From Gammaproteobacteria bacterium (GTDB lineage: Bacteria; Pseudomonadota; Gammaproteobacteria; Eutrophobiales; Eutrophobiaceae): a stretch of DNA of 64,000 nt. Below the pieces are notes generated by a model that saw nothing but the letters and a program-made list of their open reading frames with translations, was not told the origin of the DNA and did no database searches. Location: NCBI GenBank assembly GCA_965200295.1, contig OZ241347.1, positions 2,615,272 to 2,679,271 on the forward strand, read 5' to 3'. Of the stretch, positions 61,903-64,000 are shown one piece after another. Each line of letters starts with the position of its first letter. Position 1 is the first letter of the stretch. Both the position numbers and the translations under genes were made by a program.

Positions 61903-61935
61903 GCCACCTCTAAATTCTCATGAAGATTTAGATGT
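61903..61935. repeat. diverged palindromic element (ggccacctctaaattctcatgaagatttagatg)
   Basis: right edge of the low-GC islet. Confidence 0.45.
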
Positions 61936-61939
61936 GTCC

Positions 61940-62968
61940 TCAGGAACAATACTGAACATGAAGCCGTATCGCTCCAATTCGATCGATGGATACTTCAAGT
62001 GTGTCCCCATGTTGATATTTCGGATATGCGACCGCGCGCAGCTGTTGAATATCAGTGAAGCCTGGGACTTCCACTATTTCCTCGTCTGCGGCAATTCCGC
62101 CACTTCCCAGCGCACCAACAAGAATGACGTCTCCTGCTTCCAGTTCATAGCTGGAGGTGACCAGACTGAGCGCGTCAGGGATCCCCAGTACATAATCGTC
62201 TGTGTAGCCTTTTTGATGTAGCCCGCCGTTGACTCTGAGGACAACCTCCATCAGTTCGTTATGATTGATGCCGGTTGCGATCCAGGGTCCAAGCGGGCAA
62301 AAGGCAGGGTAATTTTTAGCCTTGTCAAAATCGTCAACTGCGATTTCCGGAGCAAAACCGTCAAATGCGCAAGTGTATCCGAAAATGTAATTGCCGGCCT
62401 CGGTTGCGGATATATTACTGGCCCGGCGACTTATAATCACGGCCAACTCTGCGCTGCCGCTGATACCTGTAGCGCCTTCGGGGATACATACCCTGTCGCC
62501 AGGGCCTGCGACACTTGAGCTTGCTTTCTCAAATACCGCAGGCGGTTTCAGTGGTGACGCCGGCATACTGCCTTTGCCGGTAATATCTGCACCGGTCATC
62601 TTGCGTCGGTGCCAATAACTGTTACTGCCGAGGCCGATTATCCTGTTGGGTGTTACCGGGGCAAGCAGCTGAACATCAGCAAGCGCCAGCGCGCGCTCGG
62701 ACACTGACCAGTCGCCGAACAAGTCACCATCCAGGCCCATGACTGTTGCTCCTCGCACCAAGCCATATTCAACATTATTGCGGTATTCGTAGCGGGCGAT
62801 AAATTGCGGGGATTGGTTCGAAGCAGCTGCTGTATCGTAGGACCAGGAGGACTTGGCGCTACTGTCAGCTTCGACCTGCGCAAATGACAAGACAGGCTGC
62901 AATACCGCGGTTAAACCCGCGGCAGCGCCGGTTTTAAGCAGGCGGCGTCTGGTGTAATGATGAGTCAT
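61940..62968 (-). CDS. fumarylacetoacetate-hydrolase (FAH)-family protein with Tat signal peptide
   Basis: start at MTHHYTRRRLLKTGAAAGLTAVLQPVLSFAQ (twin-arginine motif); C-terminal FAH fold; 4-nt overlap with the upstream sulfatase gene. Confidence 0.7.
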   Translation of the reverse strand: MTHHYTRRRLLKTGAAAGLTAVLQPVLSFAQVEADSSAKSSWSYDTAAASNQSPQFIARYEYRNNVEYGLVRGATVMGLDGDLFGDWSVSERALALADVQLLAPVTPNRIIGLGSNSYWHRRKMTGADITGKGSMPASPLKPPAVFEKASSSVAGPGDRVCIPEGATGISGSAELAVIISRRASNISATEAGNYIFGYTCAFDGFAPEIAVDDFDKAKNYPAFCPLGPWIATGINHNELMEVVLRVNGGLHQKGYTDDYVLGIPDALSLVTSSYELEAGDVILVGALGSGGIAADEEIVEVPGFTDIQQLRAVAYPKYQHGDTLEVSIDRIGAIRLHVQYCS

Positions 62969-64000
62969 CGGTTTGGCGGAGCATTCGTATCGGGCAGATT
63001 GGAAGCGAGTTTCCGTTTGATTCCAGCCATAGCGTTGCTGCCGGCCAGATTCTTCCACTCCTGGGGGTCATTATAGTGGTCATATAATTCTTCTGAACCA
63101 TCTGACCAGCGCGTGTATCGATAACGTTCGTCCCTGACGCTGTGATTGCGAAAACCCGCAGTCGTCAGCGCCAGATGTTCCCAGGGGGCGCGGCTGTCTT
63201 CAAGCAACGGCACCAGGCTGTTGCCTTCAACATGCGGCGGTATATCCAGGCCGGCGAGTTCGGCCAGTGTCGGATAGATGTCCATCAGCGAGACCGGTCG
63301 ATTGCTGTGAGAAGCCGGGCTGGTAACACCCGGGGCGACAATAATAACGGGAACGCGTGTGGCTTCCTCCCATAACGTATCTTTGCGCCAGCGTTCCTTT
63401 TCACCCAGGTGAAATCCATGATCGGATATCAGTACAATGATGGTATTGTGTGCATGTCCGCTGGCATCAAGGGCCGCCATAATTCTGCCCACCTGGGCAT
63501 CGGCAAAACTGATGCTCGCAAGGTAAGCCTGTACTGCGTCCTGCCATTGTCCGGTTGCCACGACCCAACGGTGTTCGGCCATGGGCGGCTTGTCGGTCAA
63601 CTCCAGGAACGGGCGGGTAGCCATTGACGGCACGTCATCGAGATCATCAGCTATGGTTTCAGGTAATTTGATCGAGCCGGCCGGGTACAGGTCAAAGTAT
63701 TGCGCGGGTGTATACCAGGGCAGGTGGGGCCGATAGATGCCTGCGGCGATAAATCCTGGCCCGCCGTCTTTTTCAGTAATCTGCCTGGTAATCCAGGTTG
63801 TTACCCGGCCGTCTCCCAGCGTCTCGTCAGCCGTATCCAGGGCGGCCCAGTCAAAAGTAATTGCTACCGGGTTGCCATTGGCGGGTTGCCGCGGCGGCGT
63901 CATTTCTTCGGGCAGTTGCTGCGCGACCGAGGGATAAAAGCGGTCCCACGCCGTCAGGTCGTTGTATCCCTGCAAACCCTCGGGCGCGAAAGTATGTGCA
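62965..64000 (-). CDS. sulfatase (alkaline-phosphatase superfamily), 5-prime partial; N-terminus lies beyond the window edge
   Basis: C-terminal sulfatase motifs (ISDHG, DIYPTL); the reading frame stays open to position 64000. Confidence 0.8.
   Translation of the reverse strand, partial: AHTFAPEGLQGYNDLTAWDRFYPSVAQQLPEEMTPPRQPANGNPVAITFDWAALDTADETLGDGRVTTWITRQITEKDGGPGFIAAGIYRPHLPWYTPAQYFDLYPAGSIKLPETIADDLDDVPSMATRPFLELTDKPPMAEHRWVVATGQWQDAVQAYLASISFADAQVGRIMAALDASGHAHNTIIVLISDHGFHLGEKERWRKDTLWEEATRVPVIIVAPGVTSPASHSNRPVSLMDIYPTLAELAGLDIPPHVEGNSLVPLLEDSRAPWEHLALTTAGFRNHSVRDERYRYTRWSDGSEELYDHYNDPQEWKNLAGSNAMAGIKRKLASNLPDTNAPPNR

Overview
High-GC (~62%) gammaproteobacterial chromosome segment. 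0-10 kb: conserved housekeeping block hisC-tyrA-aroA-cmk-rpsA-ihfB-lapA-mfd. 12.4-32.2 kb: conserved envelope/replication cluster rseP-[insert]-bamA-skp-lpxD-fabZ-lpxA-lpxB-rnhB-dnaE-accA-tilS with two disruptions. An IS110-family IS sits upstream of rseP, inserted precisely into a palindromic repeat element. A 5.8-kb gene for a 1931-aa Calx-beta-repeat autotransporter lies between rseP and bamA. 32-46 kb: photolyase, argC, a bactofilin pair, a TonB-dependent receptor (TBDR), an NCS2 nucleobase permease, pntAB, an ATP-grasp/NTP-transferase pair, a VapBC-like TA pair and a BI-1/YccA protein. 46.5-64 kb is an accessory-looking region downstream of tRNA-Ser(UGA). It holds three perfect 155-bp tandem units that each start with the first 22 nt of the tRNA, and a Cys-rich secreted protein whose signal-peptide region carries a 24-nt poly-G/C tract (phase-variation candidate). 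It also holds two inverted pairs of Rieske non-heme-iron oxygenases with an AraC regulator, TBDR, MFS and a shared 28-bp upstream box present three times. Further along are an HDAC-like amidohydrolase, an orphan TupA-like binding protein, a low-GC AAA(DUF4143)+RHH/PIN islet, a Tat-signal FAH-family protein and a 5-prime-partial sulfatase. Across the window there are at least 12 copies of a MITE-like palindromic element family (terminal repeat CCTCTAAAAATGCC) in short (~35-45 bp) and long (~145 bp, five-hairpin) forms. No CRISPR array or rRNA was seen.
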